From a virus (taxonomy: Duplodnaviria; Caudoviricetes): a stretch of DNA of 24,770 nt. A model generated the notes under the pieces. The model saw only the letters and a list, made by a program, of their open reading frames with translations, ran no database searches and was not told the DNA's origin. Of the stretch, positions 16,701 to 22,889 are shown piece by piece. The stretch is taken from positions 1 through 24,770 of the IMG/VR virus record IMGVR_UViG_3300027892_000148; one strand, given 5' to 3'. The stretch's first letter is position 1, and each line of letters begins with the position of its first letter. A program made the position numbers and the translations under genes.

Positions 16701-18934
16701 GCAATGGCGTTTGTGTCCTGTACCAGATCAATCACAAATGTACCACTGTTGTCAGGATCTATAAATTCAACCACATAAATTTTATTGCGCACTTGTGCAT
16801 CTAGATCTGCTGCAAAGATCACACGACTGCCTGTTGCTAGATTGTAGCCATCAATGCCATATCCAAGCTGACCGTTGATGTTGCTGAGAGCATCTGTTTC
16901 TGCAAAGTCAACTATGTTGACCGGCTGTTTGCCTTGTGTACCAAAATTATAAAGATCAAGATTGGCCCGGAATTCAATAATGGGACGCCGCGCTCTGCGA
17001 TCATTGTCAATCACCTGCACCTGGTTGTTGTAGACAGCAGTGGCTCTGACAACATCTATATGAAACCAACGATTACTGCGTGTCCAGGCATTTAGATCCT
17101 TGCCGGCACGATTGATAGTAAGGTAATCCTGTATGGTAGGTGCATTTAGACTGGAATCATAGGGTTCGCTGTCATAACTGGTACTGTCATAAGGAATGCT
17201 GGCACTGCGTGTGTATGTTTCCGGAGTGACAAAGTTGGTCACAGGCAATAGCTTGATACCGTTGCCTTGATTGATACCTGACACTGGCACCTGGGGCAAA
17301 GGAGCACCTGCAGGTCCGCCTGCTCCTGTGTTCAAAACACTTTCCTCAACTGTGTCATAGATGTATTGATGGAAACTGCTGGTATGAATGCTGCCTGTCA
17401 TCTTTTGGCCCAGGTGCACATGAAAGGCACCAAAGTAGGCCTCACCGTCTACGAAACCCACTCTGGCATCCAACCCTGGACCTGTTCCTACGCCTTCAAC
17501 ATAGTATTCTAAATTTTGAAACTGTGCAGGTTCTACCAAACCGCGAAACTGAACCTTGAGCCCGTTGGTAAACACCACTCCGTTGGGACTGGTGTAATTC
17601 TTGGAACCAACAATGTCGTCTACACGTATATACAACTCGTCACCGGGATCTACCAGTTTGATACGTCCAAACAAGGCAGGATTCACGCTGTCCTGATAGA
17701 ACAAGTCGTCCAGTACAGCTGTCAGCAAAGGAATAGTTTCAAAGTAGCCTTCGGCATCCTTGTACCATTGAGTGCTGGCAAACACAGTGCCAAAATTTAT
17801 CTTGAACTTGCTCAAGTTGGCAACAGTTTGTACGCTGGACACCTGCATGAATGCATTGCCTGCCAGATCATAGATGTATTGAATCTGCCATATGCTGTAG
17901 CGTTGAGCCTGGCTGGTGATATCAGTTGTTTGATCAAATGTGGTTGTGTCAAAACTGCCCACCAATCCATTGTCTGCATTGTCGCGTGGCAAGGGATCAA
18001 ACTGTGTGGTCACTTGCCAGCCACCATCAGTGGCATCGTCGGTGGTGTTGGTAAAAATTACAGTACGCCCATCAAGATTGGTAATGCCATCAATGCCATC
18101 TGGATACTGACTTAAAAATTCACTCACATACACATTGTTTAGTTGATTGTATTTGAGATCAGTCACAAGATCCACTGTGCCTATGTTCGTAAGGCCATAA
18201 TAAAAATCTTGAGCTGTCTTCAGTGGCACATTAAAGGTCACTGTGCCTTGTTCTTCCCCGTTGTTGATAACCCCCAAAACATCTCTACTGCTGATATTGG
18301 GTGTGGCTGGCATGGCACCATTGACACCAGCTGCTGCCTGGATATAAAAATTGAATCCAGGTTGGTTCACAACAAACTCATAGTTGCCACCACGTACCAG
18401 TGTCAATACAGGATTGTTGCCTGACAGGTCGCTAAAGGTATAGCCTGTTTCGCTTCTGGTAATTTCCCAAGCATCTGTCAGGGCAACACTGGTGCCGAAC
18501 ACATCAACTGAGTCAGGACCCTGTGGCAGCCAATAGTATTGGCTGTAGTTTGTGAATTTGTCCAGATCACAAAACGAATCCCATGCATAATATTCACTTT
18601 GAAACAAGGCATCTTGACGAGTAGTGGCTGCTCCATTCAGAGCCAATGCATCAATCATGCCTGGATAGGTTATTGCGTCAAAGACAGTGGAGGTGTCAGG
18701 TTTTAAAAATACAACACCAGGTTCCAGTTGATAATCACTTCTTACAGCAGTGGGTTCATTCACATAAGAATCTGCAGGATTTACGCCAGATCCTACTCTG
18801 CGTCCCACATACCCCTGAGTGCGTTTAAAATTTGGCTCTTGAGTCAGTTGGTCTAGAGTGGCACCCAGGAACTGTTTATTTGTTTGTGTGCGAAATATTT
18901 CTGGCAGTAGATCTACTGTGCGACGTGTGGCCAT
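4754..18934 (-). CDS. Giant multidomain virion structural protein, probable gp7-like baseplate wedge with many accessory domains, 4726 aa
   Basis: Uninterrupted 14,181-bp ORF coupled to gp6 (TGATG overlap) in the gp7 syntenic position. N-terminal DLLPEIF...FL, and YIQEVKPYHVQIR (KPxH motif, ~aa 3640) as in gp7/gpI-type wedge proteins. Also FG-GAP-like blades, G-x-GY...P-x-V repeats and an RG-x-x-GT-x-A-x-x-H-x-x-G motif of kinds seen in T4-like phage structural proteins. Confidence 0.85.
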   Translation of the reverse strand: MATRRTVDLLPEIFRTQTNKQFLGATLDQLTQEPNFKRTQGYVGRRVGSGVNPADSYVNEPTAVRSDYQLEPGVVFLKPDTSTVFDAITYPGMIDALALNGAATTRQDALFQSEYYAWDSFCDLDKFTNYSQYYWLPQGPDSVDVFGTSVALTDAWEITRSETGYTFSDLSGNNPVLTLVRGGNYEFVVNQPGFNFYIQAAAGVNGAMPATPNISSRDVLGVINNGEEQGTVTFNVPLKTAQDFYYGLTNIGTVDLVTDLKYNQLNNVYVSEFLSQYPDGIDGITNLDGRTVIFTNTTDDATDGGWQVTTQFDPLPRDNADNGLVGSFDTTTFDQTTDITSQAQRYSIWQIQYIYDLAGNAFMQVSSVQTVANLSKFKINFGTVFASTQWYKDAEGYFETIPLLTAVLDDLFYQDSVNPALFGRIKLVDPGDELYIRVDDIVGSKNYTSPNGVVFTNGLKVQFRGLVEPAQFQNLEYYVEGVGTGPGLDARVGFVDGEAYFGAFHVHLGQKMTGSIHTSSFHQYIYDTVEESVLNTGAGGPAGAPLPQVPVSGINQGNGIKLLPVTNFVTPETYTRSASIPYDSTSYDSEPYDSSLNAPTIQDYLTINRAGKDLNAWTRSNRWFHIDVVRATAVYNNQVQVIDNDRRARRPIIEFRANLDLYNFGTQGKQPVNIVDFAETDALSNINGQLGYGIDGYNLATGSRVIFAADLDAQVRNKIYVVEFIDPDNSGTFVIDLVQDTNAIALSNQTVVSLSGNTQQGKSFWFNGVNWQSAQDKIDVNQAPLFDVFDADGISFGNLATYPSTTFGGSKLFGYALGDTQITDEILGFSLKFLNINNVGDIVFENYLYTDSFIYVKNNVSFEQSVGSGYVHQYLDRITFGNFIGWQTAADSSRSRQVFRFDYTGSPLQLDVPVDTDTVFSPLQIFVEGRFIDSANYVYEVVGNATIITILQSVDFPVLPGAVIEVQAFSKVASSTGFYQVPLNLESNPLNENSPSFTLGTIRTHYQTIGQNLRNIQGPVVGANNSRDLGNILQYGDLIIQNSAPVALTGVFLREKQFELFSAMEFCSREYSKYKAQLLNLAANGDFENLTPTQILDTVMQEFSIERSNINPFYWTDMLPAGETYQENTYTYSVISTATFDTLQTYDFTASNYLALSVYLNGTLLTIDYDYTVADDQPTLTITTPLAVGDVIKIREYSSTYGSYVPNTPTKLGLYPAYRPEIYVDNTYTTPRTVIRGHDGSIILSFSDYRDQVLLEFEKRIFNNLKIKSTIPLLSSDVVPGQFRTTDYSLAQVNNILGEDFLAWVGWNKLDYTEQNYVSTNPFTYNYSQSANKLTQQPVTAGAWRGLYNYFYDTYTPDTTPWQLLGLSQQPTWWEDEYGAAPYTSGNTVLWDDLAAGLIKEPGNYRVDPRFVRPQLLQVLPVGSEGELLDPLQSVIGNFDSASFRRSWTFGDDGPVENAWRTSSAWPFAVMRLLALTKPAKFFSLFADRDLYVYNQLYQQFLWNDRLRLDASKLKPLYGNGVSKASYLDWIIDYNRQLGINSTDNLTVTLDNIDVRLCWRTAGFTDKNYLKLYTERSSPGSNNSGLLLPDQSYQLLLYKNQPFEQISYSSVIVQKVSSGWAVLGYSTQQPYFDILVSRVAGQTTVISVADNQVRVAVEHTDNVIQVPYGYVFTNLASVCDFLVSYGALLQKQGLIFESRENGYILNWFQMCQEFLYWNQQGWATGSIINLNPAATSISIVRPQAVVDSILTYSPNDIMLNQNRQPLPLSNVVIDRTGNLFKVSSISNDTINYLNLRLTAYEHMIVLDNRSIFADLIYDKITGARQSRILVSGYLSNDWTGLVNAPGFVLNQDNILEWSPNTQYSKGSIVLFKNEYWSASTIIQPSLTFNYSLWIKSDYNQIQKGLLPNAATASQQLGQSYSIYDANLEQEVDLFSYGLIGFRPRQYMQALNLDDISQVNLYQQFLGTKGTIRSAELFSLADLGKETATYDINEYWAILRSTYGATANQSFIDLRLDQSLLTSSPSLVQIVQPQQQSSADQAILLENVLKSSVKLTSTEIFPTTLTTPIDIGLPTAGYVNFDDVDLNVFDIATLQLVPEAINEIGVGTTLWVAKTNSYDWNIYRCSLVPGNVISVVNNLDSQALVTFSKPHGLAPGDTLIIRFFDDAINGVYTVKFVGGINTVLIDLVFIGEQTTYTGFGVGFTLQSLRVAQPSDIASLSYAQQLQPGIKIWVDNNSNDRWTVLEKNNPFTDSTVVTPAVAVENSSFGYSISQGFQNLSALVGAPGYNLAGAVDAPGAVYTFVKNQQNQFEENVILQLATTDTVGYGNAVDIGDQNWAVVGASASNNNRGYAVVVYNPPGSNAFVQQQLLVIDPAESATAEDQFGYAVNMSRDEKWMYIGAPGGNRVYAYGRVDVQNQTVEYVTDGSVSLFNYSQHVVVTTGDQLVVALNSVILTDGVDYTANGTAVVFPVPPIQQQNLVISRRNGEIFYGDGTTTTFNLANVYSATIYTAGNIGGAISVYVDDVLQRLVLDYDYDPDSSQDLIFVTPPAVNSIVIVTASTYYMLVDTIEPTGLSITDKFGHSVTATSDGRQIIIGCPDATYTDPATGDVLTQAGAAYVYDRSVQNFQVTDATVLTYTTELALLPPTQVLLNGVFLLNKDNNIGGTYSVSGSTVTLDTQINVGDIITVETNQFNLLQVLTSAEPGTNAKFGFVADQCINDCSLYVGAPFANAPLLQSGQAEFLQNQSRVYGNITSTIANPTLTAGNFIRINNYFVETTGTTVAELADDINSAAVPNAQASVTNDLVLTGDAVTKVFDIGSIYSVASSYSTVVLLNDVVQTAGTNYTYDNSTQQISFVTAPLSGEVITVRSGRLILSTVNYNSSLRLNRIQVGPGTGTLFNDLGLNLYVNQQIILPPVQQDFANFGKSLFISDNTSTLLIGAPNGSLIEDTVFDAGTTIFDSGSIEFFDTVIQSGVVYAYDALPAANSSVDNPAQFVFGQQIYNSQANTLDQFGSAIDYTTGVLLIGSPGIDLQDSQDNSGQMLSLKNLEQTPAWSVLRLQQPVVDINLFNTIFMYNQATGEREYFDYFDPLQGRLLGAVSQNIDFIGAVDPAAYNFGNQNNYGSSWRQNRVGQIWWNTTDARFIDPNQDNITYASRRWGQLFPGSTVNVYQWISSSVPPQQYAGPGTPFSVANYSVSSSLNSQGIILPEYYFWVQGINTVNTAAKKTLGITTLTQYILNPSSSGISYIAPINSSTVAIYNGLDYISAQDTILQISYDQQLNDAAVHVEYQLIAQDRSDGFLSDALYVKMQDSFCGVDAIGRPVPDPFISVSEQYGTQARPRQSMFVNRFLALKNYLGRVNAVIQQYPVSETRTFNLLNSEESIPAAFSGAWDSRVANIEELGYQDLAQVPFGYKYLVVSDSTNNGLWTIYETVADILLGQKTLLLIRVQNYNTKNYWNYIDWFRPGYDPLTRVLTEVPVYSALETLAVAVGSVVKVTANSQGKWELYQLESADEVAVWNRIALETGTVAFSDQLWDYKLGSFGFDAEVFDAQYYDQEPVVETRKIIQAINQELLVGDLLIERNRALILMFNYILSEQQAPSWLTKTSLIDVDHVIRNLEPFQIYRRDNQDFVLDYIQEVKPYHVQIREFNLIYNGFDQYNGTVNDFDLPAFYDNAQGLFVSPVLDEAVPPVLSTTSSLPSSSPVWQTLPWNQWYQNYLLSVESVAVADGGEGYQLAPEVLLNGEPTTALVSRVSSAGVVVAVDVVTTLEGFETTPVVTLQGGLPQAVDWQPNAVINSGTVFQTPAGLVYNVITSGILTVVPPSETISPVTDGTAVLTYLGRRARAVAVMGNGLVRNIVTTIKYDRYQYQTTIVDWQPDVAYDNGTQVRYIDRVWSASSDDSTAVLSATFDPEQWTIVPADDLSGVDRTMGYYVPQVNEPGLNLALLISGVDYPGVQVSAPDFNQNTGFDVGNFDINPYDNLAFGPEGRPTYDPAILDAIYASEFTDPFLGTLPAPAYDGAPPTTGPNPIVVAGGEFVDTYSSHAPEELVPGAMFDTLDMRVFTTLGSDWDDNGHGFPISSRRYVYDTATESYSWQGLLEYPIVVQIFNASNGVQLTPDVDFELDWPNQTATILSSAQQGNILIITAYGLGGGNQLSVESVNGADITNTLVIPVAYSRIEQLVIFVNGLLINNYTFASYDIAATLITFSSSYTADDQITVTAMGSTAGGYSWSVPQTQYFVADGTTFAYSLTNSMTGTNPANLIVQKNGIRARPAQGVEYIDDGSSLQYLLPTNGGYSQALISDNEVSVYVNNEPLILGIGFLVDPYDGSSDRTVTLTSSPPAGATILISVSTAAQYYISNGTTLVWRTSGSLIPIAGDIISVTTFNDTSEQEILTQVFQGPISEGVLITQRYDSTDFDSPDLFDPSEALPGLFDATIGTVVESNNFDTGRMILNTQRLTVTLDGFLLFDGIGFTVSGSVVTISGPVINSAQVVSITSYTDSVIPGAIAFRIFQDMRGLQSTYRITESTTTELAADLLATADVIYVNNVSALSEPNLPEGIFGLITINGERITYRSRDTVNNTVSGLRRGTAGTGAADHAAGAAVYDIGVGNRLPAEYQNRIVSDSFLADGIQTTFIAADISITNLDSTEQDDAVEVYIGGIRQTGGYVIQDADPVTIVFTTPPSENYQVTILVKRAVSWYATGDGTASNGIALQEQDTVAARFIQGE

Positions 18935-21900
18935 CAGTATCCACCTCCACCACTACTGCTGCTGCTGGAACTAGACTGAGTGCTTGTGATCACGGTGCTC
19001 TGTCCGCTGGTGCCTTGACTGATGGCAGTGGGATACAGACCTGACACAGAAGTTTGACTGCGAATATTACTTTGTGTCAAGGCTGTGATAACTTCCACAT
19101 CTGCCACGGTGGCAGCACTGACAAAAATTTCGTTTGGAGCAGATCTTACTTCGTATAGATCACCAAAAGATTTTTGAGGGTTAAGTGGAACCAACACAAC
19201 TGAACTTATGATTGATCCCAAATTTTGATGCAGATATGCAGACAGTTCCGAAAAGAAGAAATTATCTCCAAAATTCCATTTGTCGATGGTAAAATAGTTA
19301 TTGACAAATTGTATCACCTGACTCTTGATTTCACTCACACTGGCCGTGGTATTTTGTGCCTGCACAACCTTGATAGTGGCACGTAGTTCTGGCGCTGCTT
19401 TGGCTCCAAACAAGGGTTTGAAACTCACACTGTTGAGAACCAGATTGTCTGTCAACATTTTGTAGTTGTTTAATTCTGCATATGAAGTTGACAATTGATC
19501 TATTGTGGGAGCAGCTGGTTCTGCCACAGTGCCTGTGGTATCTTTGATGTAGTTCTGATATGCAGTATAGTATTCTTGATTCACAAGATAGGTGTCAATT
19601 ATGTTGGTGACTCCAGGATCAATTATGTTGGTCAGAGCACTGTTGTGTCTATATTGAAAATATAGATTTTGTCTGCCAACACGACTTATAAAATCACCAC
19701 GGCTGATCAATGTGCGTTGTAGAGTGCCGTTGATCACGCTGACCTGCAGTTCAAAAAAACTGTTTTGTTGATATGCATAAAAAATTTGTCCATTTACAAA
19801 CTGACTTTTGACCAGTTCAATAGCATCTTGTGTGGCATAAGATAGATTAACAATGTCTGATGCCACTGGCAGATAGTTTTCGGTGTTGTCGAAATCCACT
19901 GTCAGTTGTAAAAATACATACTTGGTGTTTGAATCAACTGCAGGTGCCACAATTTGATCAAAGAAATCAGGATTGTCAGCCACTCCGTCAGAATCGCTGT
20001 CCTGATAACTAACCAGGACCTGGAAATCATTTACATAACCGTCACTTTGTACAGGTTGTGCAATGATGTCTATGACCACGTCACCGGTCAATGGCTGATT
20101 AGAATCAGGTTTGGCATTGGTCTTTAAAACATTTACAAAATCATTTATAACTTTTCCAGTACGACTGTCATATACCTTTTCACTGCCGTCAAAATAAAAT
20201 CTTGTTTGTATTACACTGGCAAAAACGTAATCCAAGGATCGTGATGTCACTGTGTAGGAACTGATTGTGCCTGTTGTTTGAAACTGTATCAACCAGCTGG
20301 CATCAAGATTTAGACCTTGTGTGTTTTGTGCATTGCTTAGACTGAACGCAGAATTTTGTGCCAAATTTGTACTGGTTATCAGATACCATGTGCTGGTCAA
20401 GTTATTATAGCCTAAGCCAAAATTTCTCTGCAGTTCTACCTGTTGTAAAACACTTTGCTCCAGTGTACTGGGCAGATCATCCACAAACTTTGGTATCACC
20501 TGTTGTGCTAATGCGCCAGTAGGCACAAATGTGTTCAGTGTAACAGGACCCTCTCCGTTGGCAAAATTTCCAAGACCAGAATTATTTCCATCCAAGACCA
20601 CTGCAGATGCTGTGGCCCAAATTTCCAACTTTTCGTCGCTGCGCACAGGTGTACCAGCAACCAGTTGATTTCTGGCATCAAAGAAAAAACCTGCAGGCGG
20701 AATAAATTTAATCAAGGATCCCTGGGTAATAAACTTTGCGTTATTGCTGGAATAGATACCAATATTTTGCGGGGCCAAATTTATGGTATTATAGAAATAT
20801 CCGGTGGTGGCATTGATCACAGTTGTACTTTGATTCCAGGCCAGGTCAATAATCTGCAGAGATGGTCTTGGAAAATTTGCATAGTAAAATTGCGTCATGC
20901 CGCGCGATGTCAACAAGGGTTCAATGGAGTTGGTGAGTATATCTACTATATCATTGCGACTGACCCAGTCAAAATCAAAGGTTGGCAATGCGTTTTCTCT
21001 GTACAGCACACCATCTGATGCAAAGATATTGGTAGAACTGTACTTGCCGGTGGGATCGTTCAAGTCTATGTAGCGATTGGTTCCCACGCTGGCACGTACC
21101 ACGCTCTTGCTCTTGATGATGCTGTTGTATCGAGTAAACGGAAACAGATTGTAATCTTCGCCATTGACCATTCTGTTCTGTGTGTAGTAGCGTGCAGGAG
21201 CACGCTGTTTGATTTCTTCCAGGGACTCGCGTGGCTGTGCATTGGCCACAGGATTGGTTATACCGCAGACAAATGTGATGGTTTCAAGACGGCCAAATCT
21301 GCTGATATAGCTGATGGGTATCTGTACTGATTGCATTTCTTCCGGATTGATAATGTAGGTCAGGCCATTGCTGGCACGCACATAGCTGCGGAAAAACCCC
21401 ACTGGTGTTTCGGCAAACACACCGTCGCCAAATGTGAGAGTGATTTGATCATTGGCCCTGCTGGTTATTGAATAGATTTTTCTTTGATTTGGGGCCAACT
21501 GTTCAACTGCAGCAGCATAGATACTTTCGGCATATTGCCATTCGCTGGCCACGGTGCCTAGATCAGTAAGCTCATACAACCAGTAGTCTTCGTTGTTGAC
21601 ACCATCAATGTTGATGTTGACAGCACGGTTTGGAATTGCTTCGGCCAAGTTGAAGTCTTGATTTTGCAAGGTTCCCTGTTTGAACAAGAAGAAAAAACCT
21701 GTGTTGCCAGAGCCAAATCCCAGTTGATCGTTACGGTACAACACATTGAATGAACTGCTGGGAGCAGGTGCAACCTCATACACATAGTCTTTGCCGCGGC
21801 TGGTGGCACTGACAATTTCAAATGGCATGTTGATATTGTCTACCACAGCCGAATAAGGCACAACAGGAAGATAACCTGGAATAAGATTGATTGTGTATTC

Positions 21901-22455
21901 GTCTGTTCTGATGCCCTGCAGAATGGCATTGTTTCCGGGACGGCCAAATTTTTGACTGTCGACCAGGCTGGCATTCACAATATAGGTAAACTGTTCAAGC
22001 CAGTTGGGGTTGGTGGGATCATTCCAGTTGATCAGTACATTTGATAAATTTACACCATTGAAATCTGTGATACTTTCTGTGGTTTGCACAGCAAACACCT
22101 TCATGTAGCCCTGTGCTGCTTGATTGCGTTTGGGAGTGTAGCTGACCAGGTTGGCCAATCTCACAACTGAGTCACGTCGTTCTGCTGTGTCTAAGAAGTT
22201 TTCTCTGGCGTTGAGATCATTGCGGAAGGCCAGAGCCTGGCCCATGAATGCCATGACATCCAGCAAGGCAATGAATTCTGAAGATTCAATGTAGTCGTTG
22301 AAGGTTTCTGGGTAGTATAAACGCAGATAGTCTACAAAACTCTTGCGCAGAGTTTCAAAATCATAGCTTTGGAAGTCAGCTTCTCGGTAGGTCTGATACA
22401 GACGCTTCCAGTCTTCAACTCCAAATATTGCTGTTTGTCGTGCAGTCTTGGCCAT
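18934..22455 (-). CDS. gp6: Baseplate wedge subunit, T4 gp6-like (baseplate J superfamily), 1173 aa
   Basis: Hallmark motifs DFETLRKSFVDYL...FNDYIESS...LLDVMA...ENFLDTAERRDSVVRLA...YTPK, FGDG and ESLEEIKQRAP...QNRMVNGEDY. It follows gp25. Confidence 0.9.
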   Translation of the reverse strand: MAKTARQTAIFGVEDWKRLYQTYREADFQSYDFETLRKSFVDYLRLYYPETFNDYIESSEFIALLDVMAFMGQALAFRNDLNARENFLDTAERRDSVVRLANLVSYTPKRNQAAQGYMKVFAVQTTESITDFNGVNLSNVLINWNDPTNPNWLEQFTYIVNASLVDSQKFGRPGNNAILQGIRTDEYTINLIPGYLPVVPYSAVVDNINMPFEIVSATSRGKDYVYEVAPAPSSSFNVLYRNDQLGFGSGNTGFFFLFKQGTLQNQDFNLAEAIPNRAVNINIDGVNNEDYWLYELTDLGTVASEWQYAESIYAAAVEQLAPNQRKIYSITSRANDQITLTFGDGVFAETPVGFFRSYVRASNGLTYIINPEEMQSVQIPISYISRFGRLETITFVCGITNPVANAQPRESLEEIKQRAPARYYTQNRMVNGEDYNLFPFTRYNSIIKSKSVVRASVGTNRYIDLNDPTGKYSSTNIFASDGVLYRENALPTFDFDWVSRNDIVDILTNSIEPLLTSRGMTQFYYANFPRPSLQIIDLAWNQSTTVINATTGYFYNTINLAPQNIGIYSSNNAKFITQGSLIKFIPPAGFFFDARNQLVAGTPVRSDEKLEIWATASAVVLDGNNSGLGNFANGEGPVTLNTFVPTGALAQQVIPKFVDDLPSTLEQSVLQQVELQRNFGLGYNNLTSTWYLITSTNLAQNSAFSLSNAQNTQGLNLDASWLIQFQTTGTISSYTVTSRSLDYVFASVIQTRFYFDGSEKVYDSRTGKVINDFVNVLKTNAKPDSNQPLTGDVVIDIIAQPVQSDGYVNDFQVLVSYQDSDSDGVADNPDFFDQIVAPAVDSNTKYVFLQLTVDFDNTENYLPVASDIVNLSYATQDAIELVKSQFVNGQIFYAYQQNSFFELQVSVINGTLQRTLISRGDFISRVGRQNLYFQYRHNSALTNIIDPGVTNIIDTYLVNQEYYTAYQNYIKDTTGTVAEPAAPTIDQLSTSYAELNNYKMLTDNLVLNSVSFKPLFGAKAAPELRATIKVVQAQNTTASVSEIKSQVIQFVNNYFTIDKWNFGDNFFFSELSAYLHQNLGSIISSVVLVPLNPQKSFGDLYEVRSAPNEIFVSAATVADVEVITALTQSNIRSQTSVSGLYPTAISQGTSGQSTVITSTQSSSSSSSSGGGGY

Positions 22456-22473
22456 GTTATCTCTTGTGTACAG

Positions 22474-22480
22474 TATTTAT
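22474..22480 (-). promoter_or_regulatory. T4-late-like promoter box ATAAATA upstream of the gp6-like gene
   Basis: Minus strand GCGATAAATAC in the 47-bp intergenic gap, 18 nt before the ATG at 22455. Confidence 0.6.
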
Positions 22481-22502
22481 CGCAAGTAAAAACCACGTAG
22501 TT

Positions 22503-22877
22503 TTAGATATAACTTGCTCGGCGTGATTCTTCATTAAAAAACAAAGCCAATCTTTCTGAAGTATAGCTGCCAACCACTTGCACAGTGAGTTCTATACGTA
22601 GCCCGTTGTCTTGTGGATATACTTCTGTGTTGCTGACTGAAAGTCTGGGATCTCCTCCCACCACACGTTGTATTTCATCCTTGACATTTTCCTGCATTGT
22701 GGATGACTGATTTTCAAACACATAACTCCAGATTATGGTGCCGTAGCCGGGACGACCAGGCAATTCTCCTTGTCTGATGTTGAGTGCATTGATCAAATCA
22801 CGTTTGATAAGTTCAAAGTCGGTCAATGTGAACTTTTTGAATTGATTGACAGTGTTGAATCCAATAAATGTGGCCAT
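22503..22877 (-). CDS. gp25: Baseplate wedge subunit / sheath initiator, gp25-like (GPW_gp25 family), 124 aa
   Basis: Size and motifs LIKRDLINALNIRQGE-x-P-x-x-P-x-YG...FE...DPRL; located between the spike-like and gp6-like genes. Confidence 0.9.
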   Translation of the reverse strand: MATFIGFNTVNQFKKFTLTDFELIKRDLINALNIRQGELPGRPGYGTIIWSYVFENQSSTMQENVKDEIQRVVGGDPRLSVSNTEVYPQDNGLRIELTVQVVGSYTSERLALFFNEESRRASYI

Positions 22878-22882
22878 GTCTA

Positions 22883-22889
22883 TACTTAT
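22883..22889 (-). promoter_or_regulatory. Late-promoter variant ATAAGTA, 5 nt before the gp25 ATG
   Basis: Minus strand GATAAGTA-TAGAC-ATG. It overlaps the upstream TAA stop, and there is no Shine-Dalgarno between the box and the ATG. Confidence 0.45.

Noticed and set aside
22486-22506. Weak AAAAC-N6-GTTTT hairpin after gp25
   Set aside because: Short, AT-rich stem that is too weak to call a terminator.
376-22888. No gene ends in TAG (possible stop-codon reassignment, as in some large phages)
   Set aside because: All genes are intact under code 11 with no in-frame TAG even in 14 kb. Ten stops are too few to infer recoding.
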